This document shows positions 62,611 through 64,000 of a stretch of DNA of 64,000 nt, piece by piece. Every line of letters starts with the position of its first letter. Within the stretch, counting starts at the first letter, position 1. Origin of the DNA: Octopus vulgaris. Lineage: Eukaryota. Both the position numbers and the translations under genes were made by a program. The DNA is taken from NCBI GenBank assembly GCA_951406725.2, contig OX597833.1, forward strand, positions 29,884,001 to 29,948,000, read 5' to 3'. The notes beneath the pieces are model-generated. The model did no database searches and was not told the DNA's origin. It saw nothing but the letters and a program-made list of their open reading frames with translations.

Positions 62611-64000
62611 TTATCTTGACATCACACAGTAGTTGTAAACAAGACTTGGTGTCATACATGATGTGTCCCTTGTTCCCAATCTTCAGTGAAAACATATTCA
62701 GCCATGTGGAAATATTACCTTGCTTGTAAACTGGACTGGCAACAGGAAGGGCATCTGGCCATAGAAATTCTGCCTTAAATTCTGCTCAACCCATGCATGT
62801 TATGGAAAATTGAGCATTAAATGATGATACACCAAAACACTCACACACACATACAAGCACATACAACAATTACCTTAGGGAAGCTGGGTTTTGTGACGTT
62901 CATGTTTTACTTGAAACATTAGCAACTGAAATGGTTTCAACTGAGAATTGAAACAGCACTTTGGATTAATCCAAGTCTTGTTGGGGAAATGAATAAAAGG
63001 AAATTGCATGGAATCCTGTCAACATGGACTATACTTGTAATTCAAATGTAAAGCCTTGTTACATGTTTTGTCATGCTGATTCTTTCTGGAATAGTCAACC
63101 ACATACACTGTAGAGCAGTGAGTAGTAATTCAGTTGACTAAACAACTGGGAAACTCATTAAAAGCTTTTCGTTTAATGTACATATACATGCATACATACA
63201 TCCACATAGATAATGATAATGTTGATGTTAATGATAGTAGTAGTATAGTAGACTTTTAAATCTGCCTGTCCCCTAATAAACATTCCAACAATTCCCTTTA
63301 ATTCAGGGGTGGGGGAGGCTAAAGCCACTTGCTGGTTCACACAATGTGTTTTGCTACAAAGGGAAGGAGAGCGTTTTGAATTTGGATTCAGGTGTATTCA
63401 GATCTTTGTTGTTCTTTAAGTCTATTCATACCTGTGTTGTATCTATCACCAATAGTAAAGAATGTTTGGAGAAAATGTGTCTGGAAAAATGGGAATATAG
63501 TAAGCTTCCATGTTAGTAATGGTGTGTCAGATAAGATACTAACTCTACCTGGTCACTTAGTCCTGAAAGTTAGTTTATTGGTAAACTAAAATACTGTTGA
63601 TGTACATAAGTTTCACCCAAAATTCTGAGTCCTAATGCACCATATAATAAATGTTAAGACTAATTAATTTATTGTTTAGTAAAAGTAAGTGTTTATCTGG
63701 GATACAGTACTAAACTGTCATATTTAGTCAACTTCAATGCAGTCTTATATATAATGTGACCCCTAATTTTGTATCTAAAAATATTTTTGTCTATTTTTCT
63801 TTACACTCATAGTATAATGCTACCCACTATTTTTGCCCCCATGTTTGTATTAAATTTCTCGTATTATATATACACATTGAGCAAATATGGTAATACAGTT
63901 GATGTACATTAGTTTTCTCCTCAAAAGCCTTGTCAACTAAATCTTCTCCATTTCCATTAAATATGCTAAATTATGCACTGTTCTTTATGCAGGTAATTTA

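Overview
AT-rich, microsatellite-laden eukaryotic (animal) DNA with no confidently identifiable host gene. The repeat families resemble octopus/coleoid cephalopod repeats; this is from recollection and cannot be verified here. The window is a transposon landscape. (i) A young, near-complete Penelope-like element (Neptune-type RT + GIY-YIG, minus strand, 9181-13637) has identical 185-bp pseudo-LTRs, each carrying a minimal hammerhead ribozyme. An upstream coiled-coil/basic ORF1 appears to reach the RT only via a -1 shift at a U7 run. (ii) Many RTE-clade LINE copies, one with an unbroken ~655-codon frame running off the left edge that the ORF track missed. (iii) CR1-like and R4/Dong-like LINE fragments and tRNA-derived SINE clusters. 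(iv) mariner, Tc1, maT-like and piggyBac DNA transposons and MITEs. (v) Non-autonomous Helitrons, two of them composite and one carrying a captured piggyBac fragment. (vi) Several inverted-repeat units carrying hammerhead-like motifs, locally templated insertions, and a 1.5-kb palindrome that may be an assembly artefact. Most ORF-track entries (YIYI, NNN, III) are translations of simple repeats.
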